Shown here: piece by piece, positions 43,814 through 58,297 of the stretch
How the letters are laid out: the number at the start of each line of letters is the position of its first letter
How positions within the stretch are numbered: position 1 is the first letter of the stretch
NCBI GenBank assembly: GCA_025786725.1
Contig: JAHLTZ010000053.1
Coordinates: 43,383-107,382, forward strand
Origin: Syncephalis fuscata S228
Lineage: Eukaryota > Fungi > Zoopagomycota
Length of the DNA stretch: 64,000 bases
Reading direction: 5' to 3'
Program-made: the position numbers and the translations under genes
The notes under the pieces: generated by a model
The model's input: only the letters and a program-made list of their open reading frames with translations
Databases searched by the model: none
What the model was told of the DNA's origin: nothing

Positions 43814-44116
43814 ATGGCCAAGAAGTTGGACAAATTAAACGATGAGGAGATTACGGCTCTGACCCGTAAGATGTTTCTAGGCGGCTTACCTTTCCTGCCT
43901 TTTCTCTGGATTATAGCTGCGTTTTGGCTATATCCATCGGTGAAGAAGCGTGGTACGCAACTACCGCAACTACGTCGCTATCACACCTACTGTATGATAG
44001 GTGCGGCCTTCTGGCTTATTGCTACTACAGTATGGTTTGCCATATTTATTAATCGTCGTGCTGATTGGGGTGCTACTGGAGACCGTTGGACAGTGGTGCT
44101 AATTAAGGGCGCTTAA
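43814..44116 (+). CDS. PSENEN: Gamma-secretase subunit PEN-2
   Basis: LTRKMFLGGLPFLPFLWII..FW, IGAAFW....WFAIF...RADWGATGD. Confidence 0.9.
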   Translation: MAKKLDKLNDEEITALTRKMFLGGLPFLPFLWIIAAFWLYPSVKKRGTQLPQLRRYHTYCMIGAAFWLIATTVWFAIFINRRADWGATGDRWTVVLIKGA

Positions 44117-44597
44117 TTGTAAGTGAAAGACAGTATTGGCGTAGAAAATGGCCTACCATTAATGTGGATTTTGTTACAGTAATTGCAATATAAGTAGTAT
44201 TATAGCGGCGATTGATTTGGACACCATACGTTAATAATAGGCAACAAAACAGCGAATAATTACTTTGTTCTCTACTGAGAATGTATTATAGATAATAAAG
44301 ATGTAGACTTTTTGGCTGTTACTGAATTTTAAGAAAGATTTTATATAGTCGAATATCAAGTATTTTGTTAAACAGCTAGAAAGAGCATCGAGTTGCATGT
44401 GTAATTTATATTAGATAAGATATTTGCTAACAATTTGTTATAGTGTAATAATCATAATATTCACAATGCCAATGTTAATTTACTACACTTATTATTTTAT
44501 TGATGGCATGTTCAATGACTATTTTTGTCCTCATAGTGAATGATTTTCATTACGCTTATTAGTTTAATTTAATATGCTATATAATAACTCTACAATA

Positions 44598-44712
44598 ATG
44601 AGTATTTGATGATTAATGTCACTCACCACCCATCATCATGTTCAATAGATTGGATGTTACTAGATGTTAGTCATTTTACATTCAAATCACACTAAATGGT
44701 CAATAAATTGTT
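44598..44712. repeat. Dispersed ~120-bp repeat, copy 2
   Basis: Direct-orientation match to 15098-15218. Confidence 0.85.
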
Positions 44713-45859
44713 AATAAAAGGCATAAATAAAATAAATCATCGATGTTATTGTTTAAATGGATAGTGTGTAGATGTATCGAATGTAATTGTAATTTAGTTA
44801 TTCAAATATCAATAGCTTTCCAATCAAATAAATAATGACCGTTTAATCTTAACAAATACTACGCATAACATTAAGAAAACAACAGCAAAAGTTATTATTA
44901 TAAGATGCTGTAACTTTAATAAACACGCCATACATTTCTTTATTGAAATCATTTCAGTTCAATGTAAATATTTACATCTCTTTGTTGCCACTATCATATC
45001 ATTTATTTAACCAATACATTTAACAAACGTGCAATAACAATACCAATTAATACTTGACTGGATAAAAATCAAATGAATATATTCCCCTCCATTTGGAAAA
45101 CCATGCCAAGCGATGACACCAACAACAACGTGTAATACTGCTGTTGATACTTGTGCCAATAAAGGCAATAATTGGTATTGTAAACTACATGCAAAAATGA
45201 TAAAAGATGTTGATAAGTGCAGTCCAGATATATTTGTTGATTTGGCACAAATATTTAAATGATTATAGCAAGTATTTGTTAGTAATAGAATACTTACATC
45301 TGGTTGATTGTTATTTGTATATAAGTTATAAAACACATTTAAAATAATTCTTTTGCTGTTTGGATATTATCATTATTTGTTATACAATACTATAAATAAA
45401 TGTAAAAGTTGTTAAAAGTTGTTAATCATGATGATCAGCTAATATAGAAACTATGCGTCCACCTGGAATACTGGCAATACTACGACTTGGGCGTAAGTAA
45501 CAGTTGTCAGAAGCACATAGCCCTATACTAGCTTCCTATCAAGATGACAATACGGTTTATTAAACGATATGATATGCAGCAATAAACATCACTGGACTAC
45601 TGGTTCACCCAATTGTAGCTAGTGTGTAAAGCTAAGTGTATACACCGCTGCATACTACGATTAAAACGGATATTGCCAAATGCTGCTGCATTATCAAATG
45701 GTCACAGCATAACCATAGTGGTATATCATCTAGCATACCGCGCTGTTGCGTGCGAGCCCGAGGGTCGTTCATTTTTCCGTGACTGGCGACACGGCGTTTA
45801 AATGATATGATACTAATGAAGTTATACTGTGATTCATTTAACAACACCTACAAGTAAAC

Positions 45860-46140
45860 AGTATAGATATACGTTCGCCTATTACAGGCGTTCACATACC
45901 ACATCCGGTCTAGTGTGTTATGGTAGTATTCAGCAAGTTAATTCTACCCCACACCTCCAGCGCGCGCTCAATGCAAATAGGCACTAGTATATGGCCACCC
46001 ATTACAGGCGCACCGCCTTAACATGAGGTGAAGCACAGCAAAACTATCCAACTTGCTAAATAATGTTGCAGCCACTCCCAATTTCCACATGCATCCGCAC
46101 TACACTAGTATACAACCGCCTATTACAGGCAACTGTATAA
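45860..46140. repeat. Degenerate ~120-bp period tandem repeat
   Basis: Core CCYATTACAGGC at ~45878, ~45998, ~46119, each preceded by AGTATA. Confidence 0.6.
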
Positions 46141-47370
46141 TACCGATCCAGTATAATAAATAGTCTGCAATATTATATTACACACACAATATAGCCCACA
46201 AGCAAAAACACAGTATCTCACGATCAACCAGCAAGGGATCATATGCCACCGGATGTAGCTACTAAACCTGATGGTATACCATTAACAAGCAGCTTACAGC
46301 ACATTAACAACTAAAACAGAGAAGGCGAGATAAGAGCAAAAGTAAGCTAACACAACCTTATAAACTTACTTTAAAATATATCTACCAATTAGAATGGATA
46401 ATATTGGTAAATAATATGTAGTAGCTGTCATTGGCATATTGCACCTGACTGAAACCTTCTAATGTCAGATACCATCTTATCAGTAAATTGGATTATAATC
46501 CCTTCCTTGTTTCCATATTTGCTCACTTTTTACCTTCCATTTGCTAATCATTTCTGTGCATAATCAGCATATCTACACTGGCTAGTTGAATTAATTGGCC
46601 AATGCGCTCGAAACATTATCTAATCCACCATATCAGCGGTATTTTCCGGCACTAGCAGATACGCCCTTTTTTCAAAATGCTTTTATCATTTCGCACACCA
46701 TTAAATTAACTAATCCACTCACAAATCTATTACTTTATTAATAAAATAAAATTGTTTGTTTTAAAATATGATATAGCACATAATTTATTAATTAAACGAA
46801 AACAGGAATAAATACGTAATCACATTAACTGCAAATGTCAGTATGAAGTTACAATACTATTGTTACTATTCTAGTGCCATGGCCATATTACTATAATGTC
46901 GTGACTAAGAATACACCATATGATTGAACAATATATTATGTGTAAGAGTTGTGGATATATGATTACTAACACGAACTAATAGCTTTGTTAAAATGAAATA
47001 GTACAAAATGCTCAAGTTCCACCATTAATTATATTTTCTATAAAATGATGGCATTATTCAATTTCAATAAATTACAATACTAATTTCTTGCCTCATTTTG
47101 CTTCTTAATGGTATATAAATTATTTAATTCACTGTAGCAACACTGTAATAACTAATGACAATAAAAATAAGTTTTTTAGTAATAACTATATTAATCAACT
47201 AACACACTGTATACTGAACGTTGAGCGTTAAGGTAAGTGTTAACATTAAAATTAGCATCTATGATCACGCCAGGATATGGTGTTGTTTGATTATATAAGT
47301 TGCAATTTTTTAATCAAAAATTTTACAATGTGACAAAATGCAATAAAATTTAGATTTAGAAAACAGTAGT

Positions 47371-48896
47371 AATTGTTTAATTAATAAAGGCTTATTATGA
47401 TAATATACAGCTTTACGTATAATAAAGCAAATTGTCTGATAATTTGCACAAGTATGCACATAGCATATAGGTAGCTATCGGCAAAATATACCGTTATTGT
47501 GTTGCATGATGCTGTAATAGTTGTGATAATACATCAATAAATGTGCAAAAATAATAGTTTTGGTCATTCATGGCTTGTATACTTAAAATACAGCAAAACA
47601 AATGTCGAATTTGAATTCTCCATGCTTAGTTATACAGACTGGTATGATTTATAGAACAATGATTTTGCAAAAAAATGTTGACTAAAAATGCAATTTACGT
47701 ATTTTTAATTTACTTAGCAAAACATTGATAATATTATGTATAACTTTACTTAAAATAAACCAAACTGCATTATATTTTGCACAAGCATGTATATGACATA
47801 CAGGTAGTTATTGGCAAAGTATACCATAGCTGTGTTGCGCAATAATGCAATGATTGTGATAATACGTTAATAAATGTGTAAAAATAGTAGTTTTTAGTCA
47901 TTCATGGCTTATATACTTAAAATGCAGCAAAATAATTGCTAGATTCGGGATCTCCATGTTTAGTTATAAAGAATGGTATAAAATATAGAACAATGATTTT
48001 TGCAAAAAATATTAGTCAAAATTCAATTTACGCGTATTTAGTTGTCAACAAAACCTTAGTTATATGTATATTTGTAGCATAAACTGCCACCATGTATCGG
48101 TAGTTTTGCATAGCGACTTTTATTGTATTTGTTTGCGCTGTATAACACTTTGAATTTACTTTGGACCAAACCTTATTTCTGCATTAAAGTTCTAAAATTA
48201 TAAATTTGAATTACTTTTCATTAACTAAATACGCGTAAATTGAATTTTGACTAATATTTTTTGCAAAAATCATTGTTCTATATTTTATACCATTCTTTAT
48301 AACTAAACATGGAGATCCCGAATCTAGCAATTATTTTGCTGCATTTTAAGTATATAAGCCATGAATGACTAAAAACTGCTATTTTTACACATTTATTAGC
48401 GTATTATCACAATCATTGCATTATTACGCAACACAGCTATGGTATACTTTGCCAATAACTACCTGTATGTCATATACATGCTTGTGCAAAATATAATGCA
48501 GTTTGGTTTATTTTAAGTAAAGTTATACATAATATTATCAATGTTTTGCTAAGTAAATTAAAAATACGTAAATTGCATTTTTAGTCAACATTTTTTTGCA
48601 AAATCATTGTTCTATAAATCATACCAGTCTGTATAACTAAGCATGGAGAATTCAAATTCGACATTTGTTTTGCTGTATTTTAAGTATACAAGCCATGAAT
48701 GACCAAAACTATTATTTTTGCACATTTATTGATGTATTATCACAACTATTACAGCATCATGCAACACAATAACGGTATATTTTGCCGATAGCTACCTATA
48801 TGCTATGTGCATACTTGTGCAAATTATCAGACAATTTGCTTTATTATACGTAAAGCTGTATATTATCATAATAAGCCTTTATTAATTAAGCAGTTA
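47371..48896. repeat. Long inverted repeat (arms ~47371-48043 and ~48223-48896, ~180-bp spacer); each arm is two diverged ~335-bp tandem units
   Basis: TTAATTAATAAAGGCTTATTATG...CGCGTATTTAGTT is mirrored by AACTAAATACGCG...CATAATAAGCCTTTATTAATTAA with only a few mismatches. Confidence 0.95.
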
Positions 48897-49255
48897 TAAA
48901 TACTTGAAATACATAGAAATTTTCAATTTTATTCTGGCCATCCAACTATATGAAGTAAATAAAACAAGCATGAAATGAGTAGGTTGGCTTCCATTTTCTT
49001 ATAACCACTTACCGCTCTCAACATCTAGCAATAACATGCCCATTTTATAAAAGATTTAACACACGATATTTTATTGAAATAGCAGCACTGATCATTTAAA
49101 GTAAATTATCAACCAGATTGTATTTGTCAATCTCTGTCTACATAACAGAGTATCCATGTAACAAAATTGATTACAACCAGCTTCAATCAATTTGATGATG
49201 GACGCATTATTTATATCCCATGCTATATATAGCGTCAAATGTTTATTTTAATAAA

Positions 49256-50260
49256 TCATTGGGAGTGTAAGCGATTAATGCTATCGATGGCAGATTGAAA
49301 TGTATCAAAAGCCGTGTAGGAAATCTTTTCCCGAATGCAGTATGTCTCCAAGTCTCGTCCACGTCTTGCCAGCAGCAAGTCTGCTTCAAGAGCCGCACTT
49401 AAATCGCTTATGCCATCGCCGAGAAATATGGCATAAAACGGCTCATTACGAGCATGTGCTGCTTTGCGCGCATCTTGAATTGCTGATTCAGCCACCAAGA
49501 TTAGTTAATGTATATATCAACAGACTATCCATTACTTACCAATAGCTTTGTCGTGCCCATGATCACTAATATGATGCTATTAAAATGCTGCTTACATTAA
49601 TATGTAAATAAATTACCTTTTATCGCGGAAAGAAAATTGCCATCCATCTTTGCTGATTACCGCTTCATTAGCAATAATATCCATATACGCGCAACTATCT
49701 TGCAATCTTTGCTTCAAAAACCATTCAATAATCGAATGTACTCCACTGTTCACGGATACGCTTAAGTTTTATAATAGCCTATTGTAACTAATACTCCCTA
49801 CCTGCTAAGTACAGTAAACGGAATATTATACTTGCGACAAAGCGCTAAACAGTCAGGAACATCATTATCCAATGTCGCATCTAATAGATATGCTGAATTA
49901 GATTCAAAGCTTTTTAAAGGTTTATCATACCTTGAAGTAGCTCGGCCATTTCATCCCAGTCTAGATTAACGCGTCCCCATAGTTCTGTGCATAATGAGCT
50001 ATCGTTGATATATATATGTGAATAGTCTGTACAATAATTTGATTAAATAGCTTACCGAAAAGTACGCTTTCCCTCCAATACTTCTAAATCTAATTGGCGA
50101 CGCAATTCCTTGCCGACACAGTGGTCTATGATGACTGTACCAGTATCAGCCAAGGACATTGTGCCGTCAAAGTCTGAGAAAACGTGAATCCCCAGCGGAT
50201 TCGTCTTGTCCGAGTAAATGCATTGGTTGAAGTATTGGCCAGAGTCATAATGTTCACCAT
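49256..50260 (-). CDS. HAD-superfamily phosphatase (MtnX/PHOSPHO/YNL010W-like), multi-exon
   Basis: VFSDFDGT motif I, IPFTVLSSG, GHDKA, IFLGDGISDLSAALEADLLLAR.GRDLE.YC. Confidence 0.9.
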
Positions 50261-50640
50261 AACACAATATTTTCGAATTCAATAAGAATAGCAAGTTAGG
50301 ATAAGAATACTGAGTAGTTTGGAAGCGGAGAATACACGAGTGTGTAGTTTTATGACCTCAATTCAAGGATAACTTCTAATGTTGCAATAGACACGTCATT
50401 CATTAAACTTTATCCTAATATGATAAACCACGTTGACTATGGCTCGTGTCAACCGGCTCTTTACTTTCAATACGGTATATTGCTAAATCATTAATAATTA
50501 CTAAAATAAATCACTATAATTCATTAATGATTATTTACGTTTAATTATATGGATCGTTGTACAGATATTGATCATTATGCTGAATAAATAAAAATAGCTT
50601 ATTTTCTATCACCAACTTTTTAACAACTACTCAACACTAT

Positions 50641-52513
50641 ATGCGTACTAGTCCTGCATGCTTATTGTACATCACAAACATTGACATGGATAATACAGGC
50701 AGCAACTTGAATCAGGCCATGAACACGGAAAGGCGCCCAGTTAAATTTGATTGCGATGATTACATTAATGATAGCATTGGTAATAATTTGAATTATTTTA
50801 CTGTATACACTGACATGATATATAAAGCAGCTTCTTGCTCAGCCATTGCCATGCATCCGTCGTCGCCGATTCTACCTTCGGACGATGCAACTTCACACAA
50901 CGAATATAGGCTCCAACTTCCTGGACTAGATTCTATCCTTAATAGCTCAGATGGCCTGTATATGCATTGGAACGAGTCTGTCTACGTCTCAAATGATAAT
51001 CAACATGCAAATTACAATGAATATAGTGAGTTTAGACTTGTATAGCCAGGCAGTTTAAACTCGTTAAATGATTAAGCTAATGACATGAATAACATTTTCT
51101 CTATTGAAGATGCAGCTATCCACTTTATAGCCAATTTGGTCAATATCATCCTTCAAATAGCCGTATTGTAGATATTCACCAAATATTACCTGAACAAGCA
51201 TCATTACATTTAAGCACTTCTTCTACTGAACCAGGCACACAATCCGCATCGTCTAGTGGCCATTATAACTATAATATAGAGGGTGATACCAACCATTACT
51301 CTCTTCTAGAATCAAAGGAGGAAAATGCACCATCCTCTACCATATTACCCAACAAAGGTGTCAATTTAGAATTGGTGTCTGACATTAGTACTAGTCCACA
51401 TACTAGTTGTTATAATAGCGATGCATTACCTTCATCATCTCCTCCTAAGAAAAATACAGTCCATTCATGTTCATTGGGTGCGATGGCGACTATGGGTACT
51501 TCTCAATTTCTCCAATTTAAACTACCAATATTAAAGGATACCAAGAAGTAGACTATATCAATGAAGAAAGTAGAGCAACAAGCTCAGGCAACAATCTAGC
51601 AATGATGCTTCTTCAGACTCAAATTATAAAACACAGTCTTTTTTTCCTCATATACATCGCAAACATTTTAAAAAACACGCTTTACCTAAGTGTAGTCAAC
51701 CAACTTCTAACAAGGAATTACACCATCCATTGTCTAATATCAATACGGTAATATTATAGTTTTTTAATGCACTATATTGATTATGTTTTAGTTACCAAAA
51801 AGTATTCAGAATTCATCTAGCGGAAGCAGTAATCTATTTGAGCATGCTCATTCTCTCAAATTAACTCAACGTATTACGCTTCCAGCGATACTGAATAAAA
51901 CCAACGAGCCAAAAAAATTGATTAACCATCAATCACTTTTTGCTCATTCAGCGGTTTTAAACCAACCGCTACATAGCAATAATAACAACGACTCCACCCA
52001 TAATCCTTATACACATCCGCTTCATCAATTTTCAAGTCTCCTACCACATCATACGGATATGTACTCACCCCATAAAGTTAAAGGATTAGGCAGAGCGAAA
52101 TTAGGCCAATGTCCCCTCTGTTATGGAATGGGCGAATCTGCATGGTTTCATATAAAAATAAGTAGCTATTGGTAAGTTCAATAATCGCCTGTAGACGACA
52201 TAAAAATCCGCAACTAACTATTGTTAGGTACCATATGAATTTCTTTCACGGTATTTCAAGCGTAACAAAGCAGCCTTATCATGATCCAATTTTAGTACAA
52301 AAACGTCCTTTGTTGCGTATTCCAAAACGGCCATCTGCTTCCTCTACCTCTAGCAATAGCTCTTTTGAATTCTTATCTGAATTGCATGATGGTTTGTGTC
52401 ATCACTGCCATCAGTGGATTCCAATGGACAGTGTAAAACAGGTTGTCGTCAAGGTTCCTATGATTTACTGGTGGAAACATGCACAGCGCTGCCATCACTC
52501 TAAAAAATTGTGA
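50641..52513 (+). CDS. Rua1/DUF4451 (Meu26-like) transcription regulator; N-terminal exon structure uncertain
   Basis: DMYSP..VKGLGRAKLGQCPLC...WFHIKISSYW-YHMNFFHGISS...DGLCHHCHQWIP...WWKHAQRCH. Confidence 0.78.
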
Positions 52514-53846
52514 TCTATTAGAAGTCATTTATTGCGCTTATTGCTAAAAAAATTCCAAAAATAGCTCAATTGCAAATAAACAATACTAGCTATATAGTTT
52601 TTAATTATAAACAATCCCTTACTACAAACTCAACTAAAACTATTATGTTTTGACATGATCATCGTTGAGGACATGATCTATGTAGATCGCACACTTGATT
52701 TGGTGCTATTTAGTTTGGCATTTATTTATATAGAAAATTTAGCTATAGGTTAAGCATTTCTTGTTAGTCTGATTTAGTTGAAAATAGTATAAATTTAAAT
52801 GAATAATAAAAAACTATAGCCTATGTATCCGTTTAAGTATGCCAAATCAGAATATGTATATTCAAATAATAATATTGGATCCAGTAATATCTAGTTTGAG
52901 TAATTAATAATTTGTGGATTGGATAGATTGAATAAAAGCACTTAATTAAATCAGCTTTATTACTTATGGAATATAAGCGAACAAATAGCATTGTTGTTGG
53001 TCATATAAAGAAATACAAAGCAGATACGAATTTAATAAACCTATTAAAACATTTATTTATTTATTTTGACAAATCAGAGTTTTAAGTGCAATGTGAGTAG
53101 CAATGCGGCTTTTAGATAAAAGTGTAAAATTCATGCTGTACGTAAAAAATTAAAAATTCAGTATGATACCTAATTAAAATGTGATGGCCAAAAAATAAAG
53201 GCTTACGTCGTACACTTCAACGCCTACCCCCGATTTCTTCGACCTATTGATGTAAGAAACAGGTGTAATTTTAAGCCAAAGCCGTCACGAGGACCGTTAA
53301 AGCACGAATGATTTAGAAATATAGTTTCATATTCGTTGGAATCGGAAGAAAAGAGGAATCATTCCGTAGAAGTATTGTTTCACATTTTATTACGTGGCCG
53401 AACCTGTTGTGATCGGTAAAAGAATTATGGTTTAATTGTAGTAGAGCATAATTAGATATTACTTGATAAAATAAAGAGCTTTGCAGTATAATCAAATATT
53501 AATAAAGATACATGTCGTATATACTTGTTAATGTTTACAATGAGCTCTGCACACGTATGACACTTAATAGTGTGCAGAATGTATTAAGGCAAAAAAGCTT
53601 TAATAGGAGTCTATGCTGTCATGACCATTGGTTTGAGCTCGCCTGTAGCTTAACATAATAAGATCAAACGCGGTCCTCAGCACGTTGAAACGTGCCTTAT
53701 TCCGCGCCGTAGACGGAGCATAACAAACTGGTTTGTTTCAAGGTTTTTCTAAAAGCTAGTATAAGAACAAAAAACTGTACTCATATAGTAAATAAATCCA
53801 TACTACTTTCATTTACTTTCTTACTCTGTTGTTAACAATAGATACG

Positions 53847-56635
53847 ATGAGCTATAGTCATTGATGTTGCTGTAGCTCTGCTTTTGATGCTGGTCATCAA
53901 TAGTATGAACCATGCCGCTGCGTCTTTGCAGCCCAGCTCTACTCTACCAGAGCACACACTTGTTTCTCGCGCCAACCAAGCTGCGCCAGAAAAATCCAAC
54001 ACCACCGTGCTAATGACACATCACCAGACATGACATCTTATTTGCTTATTTTAGCTGCAAATCCTGGCACCAAAGAGGCCCGTGACCAGCAAGATGGTTT
54101 AGTAACATTTTTGCAAAAAAATCTAAAGGCTCACGTGAGACAAAAATTTGATACTCTCTTAAATGGTATCTCAATCGATGTTGAGGACACATTTGCAATA
54201 TTTCATGGACTACAAAGTCTACCAACTATCAAAAATGTCGAACGTATAGTAGGATCATCGCTTATGGCACCACGGCCTGATTTTATTGGTGATTATTCTA
54301 CGTTAAATGCGCCTCAAGAAAACGATGCTGGTCTTAGTTCCAATATCGACCGTGACGGCGGCAATGGAATTAAAATAGGAATAATTGATTCCGGCATCGA
54401 TTATCACCATATTGCACTTGGTGGCTGTTTCGGAGAAGGCTGCAAGATTGGCTACGGCTATGATTTTGTTGGCGACAATTTCAACGGCCTTAACACACCA
54501 ATGCCCGACAATGATCCGATGGACGAGTGTAACGGACATGGCACCCATGTTGCTGGAATCATTGGAGCAGTTTCTGAGATCAAGGTTGGCATTGCTCCAC
54601 GAGCAACCTTGGGGCATACCGTGTTATGGGCTGTGGCAATGCCACCGTCAATGATATTGTCATTAAAGGAATGGAGAGAGCCTATGCCGACCATATGGAC
54701 ATTGTCAATTTATCATTGGCCACGCTAAAGTACTACACTGATACGGCCATCTCTCAGGCTGCCCAACAGCTTGTTAGTCTTGGTGTGGTGGTAGTAGCGG
54801 CCGCTGGCAATGACGGAAATATTGGTCTTTTTTCGTTAGCTAGTCCAGGAACAGCACCTGGTGTAATTACCGTTGCTGCAGCTGATCCCCAAAATCCTGG
54901 ATTATTTACTTTTATGGTCAATATTACAGATCGACCAGTGCGCTACATGACGACAACAAAGTCAGTGATGCCTGCTTTAGGCACAGCACAAGAGGTGGCC
55001 ATGGTTGAAAAAGAGAGCTGGGACAAATGCCAGACTTTGAAAAAGCAATATAAAAATCAGTTTATTCTTATGAAACGAGGTGCCTGTGACTTTATAACCA
55101 TGGGCCGCAATGCTCAGCAAGCTGGTGCGTCAGGTGTTATAGTACTGAATACCACGCCTCAAGTCGAAATACCCAATCTGGACAGCAGCATTAAAATACC
55201 CGTCCTAATGGTGGTTAAAGAAGACGGCCCTATTATTGAGGCGGAAATGAAGGCGGCAGGAGATAAACCAACCTTTTACATTCGTTGGGAGCAGAGAGGT
55301 AGGAAAGAAGTCAAGTCCAACAACTGGCTATGGTCGAAATTTTCTTCCTGTGGCCCCATCTCCGATTTTACCAATGTTAAGCCGGATCTATCGGCCAATG
55401 GTGATAGCGTTTATAGTATCTATCCACGCAAACTTGGTAATTACGCCGTGTATACAGGTACTAGCATGGCTGCACCATTTGTTTCCGGTCTAGCTGCGGT
55501 GGCATTACAGCGAATGGGTACTAGTGTTAAACTTGCTGATCGACCTGCTGAGGTACGGCGAATGCTTGTTCAAACTGCCGATTTACTTCCAATGACCCAG
55601 AAGATTGGATCGACTAATGAGACATTTATTAGTCCAGTAATAATGACGGGTGTTGGTGTGGTGCGTGGCAGTGCTACTCGTGAGCCCAACTGGGGCATAT
55701 CGCCATCTTCAATTGCTTTTGTTGGAGCTCAAGCTGGTACGACGGATGCAGTGCGCAAGTTTGACATTAGTTTGATAGGCCCAATGCCAGCTGGTACAGT
55801 TACTTTTCGACACCGGCCTGCAGTAGGCAGGCTTGTTGAACCGGTGCAAGTCCAAAGTAATACATCGCCACTGCTGGATGTTGGCACCTTTTTGGCCAAA
55901 CCAAGCTCAGTTACGATTGAATCTGCTGGTGGTGGCAAAACTGCAACACAAAAGATATCAATAACCATTGGAGCAACTGCCCCTTCGCCCAACTCACAAG
56001 TTTGGATTTTATCTGGTGTAATTGAAGCTGTGCACAAAGATTCAGCCGGTAAGATAACAATACGTCGTATTCCTTACCAAACCACTTTGGGCTCAGTTCA
56101 ATCACTTAAGCCAATTCGTGTCTCTTCCAAGTTTCCGTTAGTCAAATCGACCGGTAATTTTTCTCAGCCAACTGTCACACCTAGTCCGTTTTCACTAGTT
56201 AATCTTTCCTATCAATTGGATTATCCAACAACTAATGTATTTGCTATTGTTGAGGATGCAAGTACAGGAAAGCAACTAGGAATAGCTGAGGGTGTTGGCG
56301 GACACCATGAGTATTCTACCATGGTTAATAGTGATTATTTTCTTTCGTCATGGGCCGGCCTAATTCGCCCAATGACTTCGTTTGGAGTTTCTGGTCCAAC
56401 TCCATCACCTTTACCCGATGGCAGCTATCGATTGAAACTATTTGCTTTACGTATGTTTTCAGATATTTCTAGTGAAAAATCGTACGACTCCTGGACATCA
56501 CCTTCAATCAATGTGGTAGGAGTTGCTGCTGCTGCTGCTGCTGCATCCGTCAATCGAGCCCAGCCTAATAGTACTGATAATACCACTACTTCTTTATCTT
56601 CTTCAGATGGTGCTACCCCAACACCAACTAAATAA
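53847..56635 (+). CDS. Secreted S8 subtilisin-like serine protease with PA domain (C5a peptidase/Vpr-like); frameshifts near 53855, 54020, 54615
   Basis: IGIIDSGIDY, GHGTHVAGII, VVVAAAGNDG, RGACDF PA domain, KPDLSANG, GTSMAAPFVSG. Confidence 0.92.
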
Positions 56636-58297
56636 ACATATTTATATTTATATAATGCAATATAAAAGCGCTATAGCTACCAGTCTATGTATAAATGTAT
56701 CTTTTACAGATTTATTCTCTTTTTTGTTACACACTATACATTACCAATAAATTTTGTCTATTTATCGCCAACTGTATTTATTAATAATATATACTTTATT
56801 AATTATATTTTATAAATAAAAACATCAACTGCTGTATCGTAATATCTTTGTTACTCACTGAACAAATATAATTTGTAATTGATTGGCTTAAGTTATCAAC
56901 ATATAATCCAAGATATGGCAACATACATTGTCGACAGTAACAATCATAGCGCCCAATTGGTATTACTGCGTCCAACCTTACATTTCTACACATTATTTAT
57001 ACCATAGTGATGTGTCTAATAATAAGTATCATTATTAACATATTACACCATTATTTAATTAACTAATATATTCACTGATACACATCGCTAAAAGTACCTA
57101 TTTATAAAGCAATAATTATCTTAATGCAACTATTAACCACTCATTAATTGAAACAATGATTATATTATCCCACGACCAGACAGCATTAGAATTACTTTAT
57201 TACCTCTTTTTCGCTATTATTTAACAAATGTTATTTTAGCTTTTTACTGTTCTTTCTTTTCTATTAAAAAAGTCAAACATTAGCTTGGGCAGCGTACCTA
57301 TATAATAAGCTACCCTAGAGCTATATAAACCATACAATTGGGACACAAACATATAATAAAATTGGTTTTATTTGCTTCTTTCTCGTAATACTACTACTAG
57401 CAACATTCTTAAATATTACACTACGCATTTTGTACGTCGAGATTTACGATTACACAGCATTTTAAAAAGTATTACACGCGTTTACGGCATCCAAATAAAT
57501 TGCCTATCGCTAAAATGCCCATGCTTTAAACAATTATAACTACCTTTGGTGATTTAACATGTTCAATATTGTCTTGTTTTGTTATCGCATCAGTCTTTTG
57601 TGATTAAGCTACATTGTGAATATCAACTTAAATTAACACTGCATAAATTTCTATTTTACTATTATACATTTCTATCAAAAATTAATCAAAATTCACTGTG
57701 TAATCATTTGCTTACATTGGTGCAATTAAGCTGGACTTTCATGTCAATGCACTGGCATTTTGCCTTGAAAAACCGGTTATATAATCTATTGCATCGGGTT
57801 TGCCAAATAGTATCGATTAAGATCGATACATCGCCAAGTATAGTCACTTAATGACTAACGGTCATATAACACATACTAATCAATCAACTTAATGGCTTTA
57901 CTTATCTTTAGTTAGTGCTAATAGCTTTATATTGTTAAATCAGTTCAAGCGTTTTATAGTGTTATTATAGTATATTATAAAGCTATCCAGTAAACAAGGC
58001 CTGTGTTTCTACTGATGCGTATAGGTGCGTTTTTTATCATGTGGTTCATGACCAGTATGAGATGCATGCTGCTATCCAGTTTAGCAACAATGTGACCCAT
58101 GCGGTAGTTTCCGAAATGCATAACAGGTTTATTGTGATAACTCGCTGACCTGTTATATTATAATCAGACCTTGACAACTAAAAACGTGCTCTTGAATCGC
58201 ATTAACTCTTTTAGTTGCTTTGCCAACTCTTTCCACTTTGCACCAATACATTTATTATTTCATATCATGTTATTTCTATGCATGCTATTTCCACATA

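Noticed and set aside
53200-53720. Possible structured ncRNA (short hairpin GCACGTTGAAACGTGC)
   Set aside because: No recognisable snRNA or snoRNA motifs; could be chance or promoter sequence.
54030-56635. Recent bacterial contamination or HGT for the intronless subtilisin
   Set aside because: Composition and flanks match the host, and this S8/PA type is common in early-diverging fungi; no direct evidence of recent transfer.
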